Positions 37,951 through 49,169 of a stretch of DNA of 64,000 nt are shown here, piece after piece. The translations under genes and the position numbers were made by a program. Under the pieces are notes generated by a model. That model searched no databases, had not been told where the DNA came from, and saw nothing but the letters and a program-made list of their open reading frames with translations. Where the stretch lies: positions 58,902,001-58,966,000 of the forward strand of contig CM059432.1 of the NCBI GenBank assembly GCA_030390025.1. Reading direction: 5' to 3'. Positions within the stretch are counted from its first letter, which is position 1; each line of letters opens with the position of its first letter. This stretch comes from Squalus acanthias. Its lineage: Eukaryota.

Positions 37951-38539
37951 AGCAACACAGCAGGAAGAGCTGACTGGCCAGAAGAGGCCTATGTAAGTTT
38001 TAGAACTTCGCTTGGTTTCAAGATCCTTGTGGGCTAGAAGGAGCAGGAGTGCTCCCACCAGGCCTCACCAGGAAGCCTTCAGCCTCCCCAGCCCCGACCT
38101 CGCCTCTTCCTGATTGCTGCCATCAGGAGGTTCCCCCCCTCCCGATCGCGGCCTGAGATCCTTCCTTCCCCTCCTCCCAATCGCGGCCTCAGCCTTCCTC
38201 CTCCCATCTCCTGATCGCAGCCTGAGGCTTCCCCTCCGTCCCTGACTATCCGGGACCATTCCTACGGGTTCCTGGTGGCCGGCCAGACAGTCAGGTGGGA
38301 ATCTGCACAGAATTATTTAAATGAGACCCACCATCACTGTCCCTGGCCTTGACTGGTTCTTCACTCTCCTATAATCACTGCAGTAGACTTCACTTAAACC
38401 ATCTTCTCCTCATATTCATTGCTATTACAACACTCTCTCCAAGTTAATGGAAATATAGACAGATAAAAAGACATTAGCCACAGGACAGATGGAGCAACCA
38501 TCCCGCTACTGGGCTCCCCCGCATCCTTCCCATCCCCCA

Positions 38540-38940
38540 TTAATATAGAGGCCATGGAATTGCTGTTGAGAGCTGAACGGGGTGTCTTCAGTCTTGCTAG
38601 TGCTGAACTGTAGGATGTTTCGACAAATTGAAGACTTGATATTGGACAGGCAATCGGATAGAACTGCAACTATCCTCAAGTCATTGGTGAACATAGGTGT
38701 CATTGGTACACATATGGAAGTTGATTCACGCTTGTGAATGATGCTACCAAGTAGCATGTAGATGATAAATAGGAGATGACCAAGGAGTTCATAAAAAACA
38801 CTCGCCTGCCTTCTTGACTCCTTGGTTCTGATGAGAAGATGACCATATGCCCACATATTTCCATTAACTTGGAGAAAGGGTTGTAATAGCAATGAGTATG
38901 AGGAGAAGGTGGTTTAGTGAAGTCTACTGCAGTAATTGTG
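38540..38940 (-). mobile_element. L2-like LINE remnant
   Basis: Decayed LLFIIYM and LSDCLSNIKSSICRNILQF..KTE, typical of L2 RT. Confidence 0.55.
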
Positions 38941-40300
38941 AATTTGTTCCTGGGATGTGAGCATCACTGGCAAGGCCAGCATTTATTGCCCATCCCTAAT
39001 TACCCTTGAGAAGGTGGTGATGAGCCGCCTTCTTGAACCGCTGCAGTCCATGTGGTGAAAGTACTCCCATAGCGCTGTGAGGAAAGGAGTTCCAGGATTT
39101 TGACCCAGCGACGATGAAGGAACGGCGATATATTTCCAAGTCAGGATGGTGTATACCTTGGAGGGGAACTTGCAGGTGATAGTGTTCCCATGCGCCTGCT
39201 GCCCTTGTCCTTCTAGCTGGTAGAGGTCGCAGGTTTGGGAGGTGCTGTCGGAGAAGCCTTGGCGAGTTGCTGCAGTGCATCTTGTAGATGGTACACACTG
39301 CAGCCACGGTGCGCCAGTGGTGGAGGGAATGAATTTTTAAGGTGGCGGATGGGGTGCAATCAGTCGGGCTGCTTTGTCCTGGACGGTATCGAGCTTCTTG
39401 GTGTTGTTGGAGCAACACTCATCCAGGCAAGTGGAGAGTATTCTATCACACTCCTGACTTGTCTTTTGTAGATGGTGGAAAGGCTTTGGGGAGTCAGGAG
39501 GTGAGACACTCGCCGTAGAACACCCAGCCTCTGACCTGCTCTAGTTGCCACATTTATGTCATAGAGTCATAACGGCACAGAAGGAGGCCATTCGGCCCAT
39601 CGAGTCCATGCCAGCTCTCTGTAGAGCAATCCAGTCAGTCCCATTCCCCCGCTCTATCCCCGTAGCCCTGCAAGTTTATTTCCCTCAAGTGCCTATCCAG
39701 TCTCCCCTTGAAAACATTGAGTGTCTCCGCTTCCATCACTTCCGTCGGCAGCGAGTTCCAGGTCCTCATCACTTGCTGCGTAAAAAAGATTTTCCTCACG
39801 TCCCCTCTGTATCTCTTGCCCAAAACCTTAAATCTGTGTCCCCTAGTCCTTGTACCATCAGCTAGTGGGAACAGCCTTTCCCCGTCTAGCCTATCCAAAC
39901 CTGTCATAATCTTGTACACCTCTATCAAATCACCCCTCAACCTCCTTTACTCTAATGAAAACAAATCCAGCTTCTCCAACCTGTCCTTGTAGCTAAGATC
40001 CCCCATCCCTGGAACCATTCTGGTAAATCTCCTCTGCGCCCTCTCGGGCCTTCACATCCTTCCTAATGTATGGTGACCAGAACTGGACGCAACACTCCAG
40101 TTGTGGCCTAACCATCGCTTTATAAAGATTCAGCATAACTTCTCTACTTTTGTACACAATACCTCTATTTATGAAGCCCAAGATCCCATATGCTTTGCTA
40201 ACCACTCTCTCAATACTTCCCGCCACCTTCAGGGACCTATGCACATTAACTCCCAGGTCCCTCTGTCCCTGCACACTCTTTAAAACTGGGCCATTAAGTG

Positions 40301-41113
40301 CACCATCATCCCATTTGTCTCTTATCTCTCCTGCCTTCCATCCTATCACAGACCTTCCCTTTTGTTCTTTCCTCCCCTCCCCCCCTTTCCGTGCCCCTGC
40401 ACTTGCTTAAAAACCTGTTCCACCTCCAGCTTTTTCTCGTTCTAACGAAGGGTCATCGACCTGAAACGTTAACTCTGTTTCTCTCTCCATAGATGCTGCC
40501 TGACCTGAGTATTTCCAGTATTTTCTGTTTTGTTTCAGATTTCCAGCATCCGCAGTATTTTGCTATTGTATTAGTGTTTAATTCACTGCTACTTCTCTTC
40601 TAAGAATGCCCACCTTGAAGAAGTTCTGCTCTTCTCTCCGACAGGATTTCCGTTTGTCTCTTTTACCTTGTTCATCTTCATTGCTTTCTGTTTCCCTTCT
40701 CGTGTTTGATCTGCCCCTATCTTTTTTTTTTCCCTTCTCTCTCACATGGCAGTTGTCTTTCATTCTGCCATCGCCATTCACACTTCATCAAGAGCCATCT
40801 TTTGTTTCTTAACTTGTCCAATTATCATCTCCTTTTGCCATGCACCATCATCCCTTTTGTCTCTTAATCTCTCCTGCCTTCCATCCTATCACAGACCTTC
40901 CCTTTTGTTCATTCCTCCCCTCCCCCTTTTCCCTGCCCCTGCACTTGCTTAAAAACCTGTTCCATCTCCAGCTTTTACGAGTTCTGACGAAGGGTCATCG
41001 ACCTGAAACGTTAACTCTGTTTCTCTCTCCACAGATGCGGCCTGACCTGCTGAGTATTTCCAGCATTTTCTGTTTTTGTTTTCGATTTCCAGCATCCGCA
41101 GTAGTTTGCTTTT
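40301..41113 (+). mobile_element. Non-autonomous Penelope-derived element with two ~270-bp direct repeats
   Basis: 10-bp TSD ccattaagtg (40291-40300, 41114-41123); repeats at ~40299-40566 and ~40841-41112, each with a hammerhead-like motif. Confidence 0.88.
40979..41017 (+). ncRNA. Minimal type I hammerhead ribozyme motif
   Basis: gagtt-CTGACGA-a-gggtc(atc)gacct-GAAACGTT-aactc: stem I gagtt/aactc, palindromic ACGT. Confidence 0.8.
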
Positions 41114-43824
41114 CCATTAAGTGTATATTGCCTCTCCCTGTTCCTTCTGCCAAAATGCATCACCTCACACTTCTCTGTATTAAATTCCATCTGCCACTTG
41201 TCTGCCCATTCTGCTAGCCTTTCTATGTCCCGTTGCAGTCGATTGGTATCATCCTCACTGTTTGCCACACCCAAAAGTTTGGTGTCATTGGCAAATTTCG
41301 AAATTCTACTCTGTATTCCAATATCCAGGTCATTTATTTATATATATATATATCAAAAAAAGCAGTGGCCCCAGCACTGACCCTTGGGGAACACCACTGT
41401 CTACCATCCTCCAGTCTGAAAAACAGCTGTTTACCACAACTCGCTGTTTTCTGTCCTTAAGCCGATTCCTTATCCAAGCTGCCACTGACCCACCTATTCC
41501 ATGGCCTTAATTTTGTTAACCAGCCTTCTATGTGGTACTTTGTCAAATGCCTTCCGAAAATCCATGTAGACAACATCCATTGCATTCCCTTCATCAATCC
41601 TCTCTGTTACTTCATCAAAAAATTCAATTAGATTAGTCAAACGTGATCTGCTTTTTACAAATCCGTGTTGGCTCTCCTTAATTAGCTTAAACCTCTCCAA
41701 GTGCCTGTTAATTTTTTCCTTAATTATTGTTTCTAAAACATTTACCCACCACTGATGTTAAACTGACCAGCCTGTAGTTACTAGGATTGTCCTTACACCC
41801 TTTCTTGAACAATGGTGTCACATTTGCCATTTTCCAATCCTCAGGCACCTCCCCCTGCATCTAGGGAAGATTGGAAAATTATGGCAAGCCCTTCTGCTGT
41901 CTCCTCCCCCCAATTCCCTTAGCAACCTGGGATGCAAGCCATCTGAACCAGGCGACTTATCCACTCTAAGCATACCCAGCCTTTCTAGTACATCCTGTCT
42001 ATCAATTTTCACCCCTTCCATTGCTTCTACCTTTTCCACTTCTACCGATATTTTGTCAGCATCCACCTCCTTAGTAAACACCGATACAAAGTACTCATTG
42101 AGTATTCTAGCCTTGCCCTGCGCCTCTAAGCATATATCATCTTCTTTGTCCCTAATAGGCCCCATCCCGCCTCTTACTACCCACTTACTGTTTACATGCA
42201 GGTAGAAGATTTTTGGGTTCCCTTTTATGTTAACCGCCATTCTACTCTCATATTCTCTCTTTGCCAATCTTATTTTCATCTTCACTTCCCCTCTCAACTT
42301 ATTGTATTTGGTCTGGTTCTTCCTTGAAGAATTCACCTGACATTCATCATACACCCTCTTTTTTTGTTTCATCATCTTCTCAATCTCCCTCTTCATCCAA
42401 GGATCCCTTGCTTTGGTTCCCTTACTCTTCCCTCTTGTTGGAATGTACCTAGCCTGTACTTGGAACATCTCCTCCTTAAAGATCACCCATTGTTCCGTTA
42501 CAGTTTTTCCTGTCAGTCTTTGGTTCCATTTTGCCCTGGCTCGATCCATTCGCATCCCATTGAAGTTAGCCCTATTCCAGTTTAGAAATTCCACTCTAGA
42601 TTGTTCCTTGCTCCTCTCCATTGCTAATCTAAATCTTATAATACGATGATCACTCATACCCAAGTATTCTCTCACAGATACTTGGTCGACGTGGCCCACC
42701 TCATTCCCCAGCACCAGATCCAACAATGCCTCCTTCCAAGTTGGACCAAGAACATACTGGTCCATGTGGCTGGTCCAGTTAAGTTTCTAATCAATGGTGA
42801 CCTCCAGGATGTTGATGGTGGGGGATTTGGCAATGGTAATGCCGTTGAATGTCAAGGGGTGATGGTTAGACTCTCTCTTTTGGAGATAGTCATTGGCTGT
42901 CACTTGTGTGGTGCAAATGTTACTTGCCACTTATCAGCCCAAGCCTGAATGTCATCCAGGTCTTGTTGCATGCGGGCATGGACTGCTTCATTTTCTGAGG
43001 AATTGCGAATGGAACTGAACACTTTGCAATCCTCAGTGAACATCCGCACTTCTGACCTTATGATGGAAGGAAGGTCATTGATGCAGCAGCTGAAGATGGT
43101 TGGGCCTAGGACACTGCCCTGAGGAACTCCTGCAGTGATGTCCTGGGGCTGAGAGGATTGACCTCCAACAACCACAAGCACCTTCCTTTGTGCTAGGTGT
43201 GACTCCAGCCAGAGGAGAGTTTTCCCCCTGATTCCCATTGACATCAGTTTTACTAGGGCTCCTTGATGCCACACTCGGTCAAATGCTGCCTTGATGTCAA
43301 GGGCAGTCACTCTCACCTCACCTCTGGAATTCAGCTTCTTTGTCCATGTTTGTACCAAGGCTGTAATGAGGACTAGAGCTGAGTGGTCCTGGTGGAACCC
43401 AACTGGGCATCAGTGAGCAGGTTATCGGTGAGTAAGTGCCGCTTGATAGCACTGTCAACAACACCTTCCATCACTTTACTGATTATTGAGAGTAGACTCA
43501 AGGTGTGGTAATTAGTCGGATTGGATTTCTCCTGCTTTTGTGTGCCAGAAAGTGTGGGAGCAGTCTTCTTAACTTTAACAACCATGTTCTTTGAGCAATG
43601 CTCCTGGCATTGGCATTCTCTTCCCACTGTCTCTTCAGTAGATGCCTGGAGGGCTTCCTTCCCCCTGGGGGAAAAGGGTGTCCCATCTCCTGTCCACTGC
43701 CTGCACCAAGGCCTCCAGTGCAGCAGCAGAGAACCTTGGTGCCCGCTCGCTCCTTCCTTCAGCCATTTGCTCAGCAACTTGTTTTTGTGTCTCTGCAGTC
43801 AGAATACACCTCCCCTTTAAGAGA

Positions 43825-45575
43825 ATAGCAAAATACTGCGGATGCTGGAAATCTGAAATAACAACGGAAAATGCTGGAAACACTCAGCAGGCCAGGCAGC
43901 ATCCGTGGAGAGAGAAACAGAGTTAACGTTTCAGGTCCGTGACCCTTCGTCAGAACTGGAAAAAGTTAAAGAAGTAACAGGTTTTAAGCAGGTGCAGAGG
44001 CAGGGAAAGGGGGGAGAGGGGAGGAAGGAACTAAAGGGACAGTCTGTGCTAGGATTGAAGGCAGGAGAGATTGAATGTTGCAAATAGGAATGGCAGAATC
44101 ATCAACAGCTGCCACCTGAAAAATGGGGGGGGGGATATAGTCTGAAATTGTTGAAATCAATGTTGAGTCCAGAAGGCTGTAAAGTGCCTAATCGAAAGAT
44201 GAGGTGCTGTTCCTCGAGCTTACATTGAGTTTCATTGGAACAGTGTAAGAGGCCGAGGTCAGAGTGGGAGTGGAGCGGAGAATTAAAGTGACAAGCGACC
44301 GGAAGCTCGGGGTCACTCTTACGGACTAAACGGAGGTGTTCCGCAAAGCGGTCACCCAATCTGCGTTTGGTCTCCCCAATGTAGAGGAGACCACATCGTG
44401 AGCAGCGAATACAGTATACTAAATTGCAAGAAGTACAAGTAAATCGCTGTTTTACCTGGAAGGGGTGTTTGGGGCCCTGGACAATGGGAAGGGAGGAGGT
44501 GAAAGGGCAGGTGTTGCATCTCCTGCGCTTGCACGGGAAGGTGCCGTGGGGAGGGGAGGGGCTGTTGGGGGTGATTGAGGAGTGGACCAGGGTGTTGCAG
44601 AGGGAGCGGTCCCTTCGGAATGCTGAAAGGGGAGGTGAGGGGAAGAGGCGTTTGGTGGTGGGATCACGTTGGAGGTGGCAGAAATGGCAGAGGATGACCC
44701 GTTGAATGTGGAGGCTGGTGGGGTGAAAGGTGAGGACAAGGGGAACCCTATCGTGGTTCTGGGAGGGAGAAGGGGTGAGAGCAGAAGTGCGGGAAATGGA
44801 ACGGGTATGGTCGAGGGCCATGCCAACCAAAGTAGAGGGGAATCCTCGGTTGAGGAAAAAGGAAGACATATCGGAAGCACTGGTATGGAAGGTGGCATCG
44901 TCAGAACAGATGCGGCGGAGACGGAGAAACTGGGAGAATGGAATAGAGTCCTTACAGGAAGCGGGGTGGGAGGAAGTGTAGTCCAGGTAGCTGTAGGAGC
45001 CAGTGGGCTTGTAGTAGATGTTTGTCGATAGCTTATTGCCAGAAATGGAGACAGAGAAGTCAAGGAACGGAAGAGAAGAGTCAGAGATGGACTATGTGAA
45101 GCTGAGGGAAGGGTGGAAATTCAAAGCAAAGTGAATGAAATTTTCTAGTTCAGGGCGAGAGCAGGAAACAGCGCCGATACAGTCATCAATGTACCGGAAA
45201 AAGAGGTGAGGGAGGGGACGTGAGTAGGACTGGAACAAAGACAGGCATAGCTAGGGCCCATGCGGGTTCCCATAGCAACACCTTTAATTTGGAGGAAGTG
45301 AGTAGAGTCAAAGGAGAAGTTGTTCAATGTGAGAACAAGTTCAGCCAGGCGGAGGAGGGTGATGGAGGATGGGGACTGGTTGGGCCTCTGTTCAAGGAAG
45401 AAGCGGAGCGCCCTCAGGCTGTCGTGGTGGGGGATGGAGGTGTAGAGGGATTGGACGTCCATAGTAACTTTTTCCAGTTCTGACAAAGGGTCACAGACCT
45501 GAAATGTTAACTCTGTTTCTCTCTCCATGGATGCTGCCTGGCCTGCTGAGTGTTTCCAGAATTTTATGTTGTTAT
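43825..45575 (-). mobile_element. Penelope-like element (partial RT and GIY-YIG endonuclease) with inverted terminal repeat
   Basis: TMDVQSLYTSI, GVAMGTRMGP and LVYCIRCSRCGLLYIGETKRRLGDRFAEH; 45465-45575 is an inverted copy of ~43857-43968; 14-bp TSD tcccctttaagaga. Confidence 0.93.
43921..43957 (-). ncRNA. Minimal type I hammerhead ribozyme motif
   Basis: Minus strand reads agtt-CTGACGA-a-gggtc(acg)gacct-GAAACGTT-aact. Confidence 0.75.
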
Positions 45576-46114
45576 TCCCCTTTAAGAGATGCTGGCTGCC
45601 ATTAAATAGCAGATTGGATCCCTGATATCAGCCCCCTATAGGCGTACAGCCAATAAATAGCGCTAGCTGCATTAACGGATGATTACAATTAGCAGGCAGC
45701 ATTGGGAGACCTGGATGACATCTGTATTGATAGTACCTAGCATGGGGCGTGCCCAACCTGCCCCGATCCAATTTGTTGGCCATAATTCAAGAATACAGCG
45801 ATATCACTTCTTGTGTAAATATTTTTAATCTTCGAAAAAATTAATTTTTGAAAAAAAAAGTTATCATGAGTTCAATAATTTGCATTTGTGCATACACAAT
45901 TTGGAGGTGTTATAGCACAATCAGCTATAATTCTTCCAACTGAAATTAATGGATGTAAAACAGAAAATTTACTGAACTTTGCTGTACCTATACACAGTTT
46001 TCACATGGTGCTTTTTTAATTGCATTTTCTGAAGCCGGATTGAGTATTCCGTGATATCTTGAACACCGTTAAAAAAAAATAAAAAAAATTCTATGTCAGA
46101 ATCATTGGTAATTT

Positions 46115-46262
46115 AAACAAAAAGCAAAAACTGCAGATACTGGAAATCGGAAACAAAAACAAAAAATGCTGGTAACACTCAGCAGGTCAGTCAGCATCTG
46201 TGCAGAGAAAAGACAGGTCAATGTTTCATTGTAGACCCTTTCTACACCTGAAACATTAACGT
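46115..46262 (-). mobile_element. Degraded Penelope terminal-repeat fragment
   Basis: gcaaaaactgcagatactggaaatc...ctcagcaggtcag, similar to 43825-43930. Confidence 0.65.
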
Positions 46263-46414
46263 ATCATCAGTAATTTATTCATAATTTTGTAAGAATTTTA
46301 ATATTCACTTCATGTTAATTTCAATGCAAAATGTGATTGATTTATTTATAATATATTTTTAATTTGTTAAGCACATCAAAAGGCTGCCAAGTATAATTAG
46401 CTGCAACTCATATC

Positions 46415-46830
46415 ATGGAATCATAGAAATTTACAGCACAGAAGGAAGCCATTCGGCCCATCTTGTCCGTGCTGGCCGACAAAGAGCTATCCAGCCTAAT
46501 CCCACTTTCCAGCACTTGGTCCGTAGCCTTGTAGGTTATGGTACTTCAAGTGCATATCCAAGTACTTTTTAAATGTGATGAGGGTCTCTGCCTCTACCAG
46601 CCTTTCAGGCAGTGAGTTCCAGACCCCCACCACCCTCTGGGTGAAAAAATTTCTCCTCAAATCCCCTCTAAACCTCCGACCAATTACTTTAAATCTATGC
46701 CCCCTGGTTATTGACCCTTCTGCTAAGGGAAATAGGTCCTTCCTATCCACTCTATCTAGGCCCCTCATAATTTTATACACCTCAATTAGGTCTCCCCCCG
46801 GCCTATCCAATCTTTCCTCATAATTGCATG
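46415..46830 (-). mobile_element. CR1 LINE 3' end
   Basis: GDLIEVYKIM, TRGHRFK and FFTQRVV..WNSLP plus 3' UTR. Confidence 0.88.
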
Positions 46831-48014
46831 TCACCACTTTGTTAGGCAATGAAAATATCACTACCATCCAAACAAATGTTTATGAACAAACATGAGTATA
46901 AGGCTTGGTCTAAATGCAGGTGTAAAGATTCAGTATTTGGTGTGCTACAGCAGATATTGTTTTTTTTTGGCCCTCTTTGGTAACAGCACACACTTGTTGT
47001 ACAAAACGAACAATAGAATGAATAAATTGCAACATTACTGCATGTTGTCAAAGATGTAACAGAATTTTGTTCATTCAAGGAAGATTTTGGTCATGCAGAT
47101 TACAATGGCATAGCATTTTGACACAACCAAATTACTTGCAGAACAAAATGTGTCTCTGCTAAACCTATTTTTATCAGTCTTCACCCATGTTAACAGTATT
47201 GCACCAGACATATGTCAGCATAATTTCCTTGCACAGAACAGTGTCTGGTGTAAAACATTTTAGACATTGTCATTATCCTAAGATTAGCAACTATACTTAG
47301 AGCTAGGTATTGAATTAAGGAGTCTTGGGACACTGCAGGTCTCTTTCTGTGGTGGCAGGGTCAAAGCTATTAACCCAAGAGCTCTCTGTCCAAATGAATG
47401 TTACAACAACTTCTTGAATGTTGAAAGAGCTATATTGATCACATTTAATACAGTGAGGACTACACAATCCTCAGAGCTGTCATGTCCTCTTGTGAAGTTA
47501 TTGAGGGAAGTGTAGGTACATAAAACCTTTCTGCATTGTTTTTTTCTGCATACTTGACAGGGATAATGCTACATCACATAAATATAAAATGTTATACCAC
47601 AGAAACAGGCCATTCGGCCCATCAAGTAGGCGCCAATGTTTTTCTCCACAGGAGCGGCCTAGTCAAATCCTAAATTCTTGCTCACTCCCCATAATCTGTC
47701 ATAATCCTCTTTTTCAAGCAACTGTATCATTTCTTTTTTTTCAAAGAATTTATGGACCCTGCTTGAACAACAATCTCCCTTTAATCCTTTTTGCGATTAC
47801 CATAAATTTGTGTATCTCGTTATCATCTCACTGACCAGTGGAAATAATCTATCACATCAAGAAAAAGCCCAACCACCTCCAACTCATCCTAATCACCGAC
47901 TTTCCGCACGAGCAACATCTTGGGGGTCACCAGTGACCAGAAGCTTAACTAGATCAGTCATATCAACATTACAGCTACAAAGGCAAAGAAGGAGCTGGGG
48001 ACTTTGCAGTGAGT

Positions 48015-48760
48015 AGGCACGGGGCCAGCTTCAATATGTATGCTGATGACACCCAGCTCCACTTCTCCACCAGTTCCCAATCCCAAGACTTCTTGTTGAA
48101 AATTGAGTCATGGATGAGCCATAACTTTCTTCAATTGAACATTGAGAAGCCAAGGGCAATCATTTTTGGCTTACATCATCAACTCAGTTCCAAGCTACTG
48201 ACTCCATGTCCCTCCCTAGTGACATGCTCAGGCTGAACCTGACTCTAAAAAACCTGGATGTTCTGATCAACCCAAAGGTGAGATTCAGATCGCACATCGT
48301 ATGTTTCATCAGACTGCTTATGTCTACCTCTGCTTTATCTCAGACTCTCTGCCATTGAAACCCTTACACATGCCTTTGTCTCCTCTAGACTCAATTTCCC
48401 GAATGTTCCCCTTGCTAGTCTCTGTAATGTATTATCGCATGGTTTGTCACATGGTTTGGTATGAGCATGCTCAGTTTACTCTGGCCTAGTAAACAAGCAC
48501 CTTGACTAGCAGCTCATCATGTCTCTGTCCTTCATTTGTTCTACCTACAGATATTACAGTCTCCTATCTGCCACTCTCCAGCAACTCCAATTTATCTGAA
48601 ATTTAACTGCCTGAATCCTGTCTAACTCACCCATCGCTCCCATCCTTACTAGCCTACAATGACTCCCTGTTCCCAAATACATCCAGTATAAAATCCTTAT
48701 CTTCATCTTCAAACCTTAAACAGCCTCACCTCAACTTGTTTCTCTTTCCCTCGGCACTGC
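48015..48760 (+). mobile_element. L2-like LINE remnant (probably continues at ~53540-53760)
   Basis: YADDTQLH and IESWMSHNFLQLNIEK. Confidence 0.7.
48423..48558. mobile_element. Solo LTR (136 bp)
   Basis: TG...CA ends with inverted termini tgtaatgt/atattaca; 5-bp TSD gtctc (48418-48422, 48559-48563). Confidence 0.8.
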
Positions 48761-49169
48761 ACCTTGATGTCGTGAGAAGGCTTGCGTGCTCCTATGATCT
48801 TGAGAGCTATGCTGGTGGGTGTATAACATCTGTTGGGGCTACTCAAGGCAGTCAATCGGCCTCCTGGTAGGCGGTTATGAGTCAGGCTAATGACCTGTGT
48901 GGTAACACAATACAGCTTCCTGTGACTCGAACTTTATTGCATCACTTCCTGTGATTAGTCCAGGATAAATACTGGACTGATCAGTTGGATCCTGGAGAGG
49001 CATAGAGTAAGACCTCTTTTGTATGTAGCACCTTTTTAGTTGATTAAAGCTTACTTTAAGTTCACCACGCGTAAGGCTCATTCTTACGACAATTTAATCA
49101 ACTTTGAAAAACTTCGTACTCAAACTTTTTGGACGAACTCGGAACTAAGGATCCAGGGAATCACCCATC

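Larger units (their letters stand above)
39560..42763 (-). mobile_element. CR1 LINE (APE C-terminus, RT, 3' UTR) nested in the previous LINE
   Basis: LLDLVLGN, SDH, KSPGSDGLHPR, QHGFVK, DFRKAFD, MRGDLIEVYK; 3' tail at 39560. Confidence 0.9.
38945..43545 (-). mobile_element. CR1-group LINE (same family as 25301-28480), split into 38945-39559 and 42764-43545
   Basis: Both pieces align with the 25301-28480 copy and join across atgt; DIKAAFDRVWH and HHHLLKGN* present. Confidence 0.88.
43560..45781 (-). mobile_element. Harbinger fragment (terminus and Myb-like ORF start) interrupted by Penelope
   Basis: MAEGRSERAPRFSAAALEALVQAVDRRWDTLFPQG resembles the 61407 ORF; TIR-like aatttgttggcc ending at 45781. 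Confidence 0.65.

Noticed and set aside
38090..38240. Repeated cctcccgatcgcggcct units as a CRISPR-like array
   Set aside because: Eukaryotic context, only about three or four degenerate units, low-complexity spacers and no cas genes; probably a minisatellite in a transposon fragment.
40437..40476. Active hammerhead in the upstream repeat
   Set aside because: The core reads CTAACGA; loss of the conserved G should abolish activity at this site.
45476..45514. Active hammerhead in the inverted Penelope repeat
   Set aside because: Two substitutions in conserved positions (CTGACAA and GAAATG).
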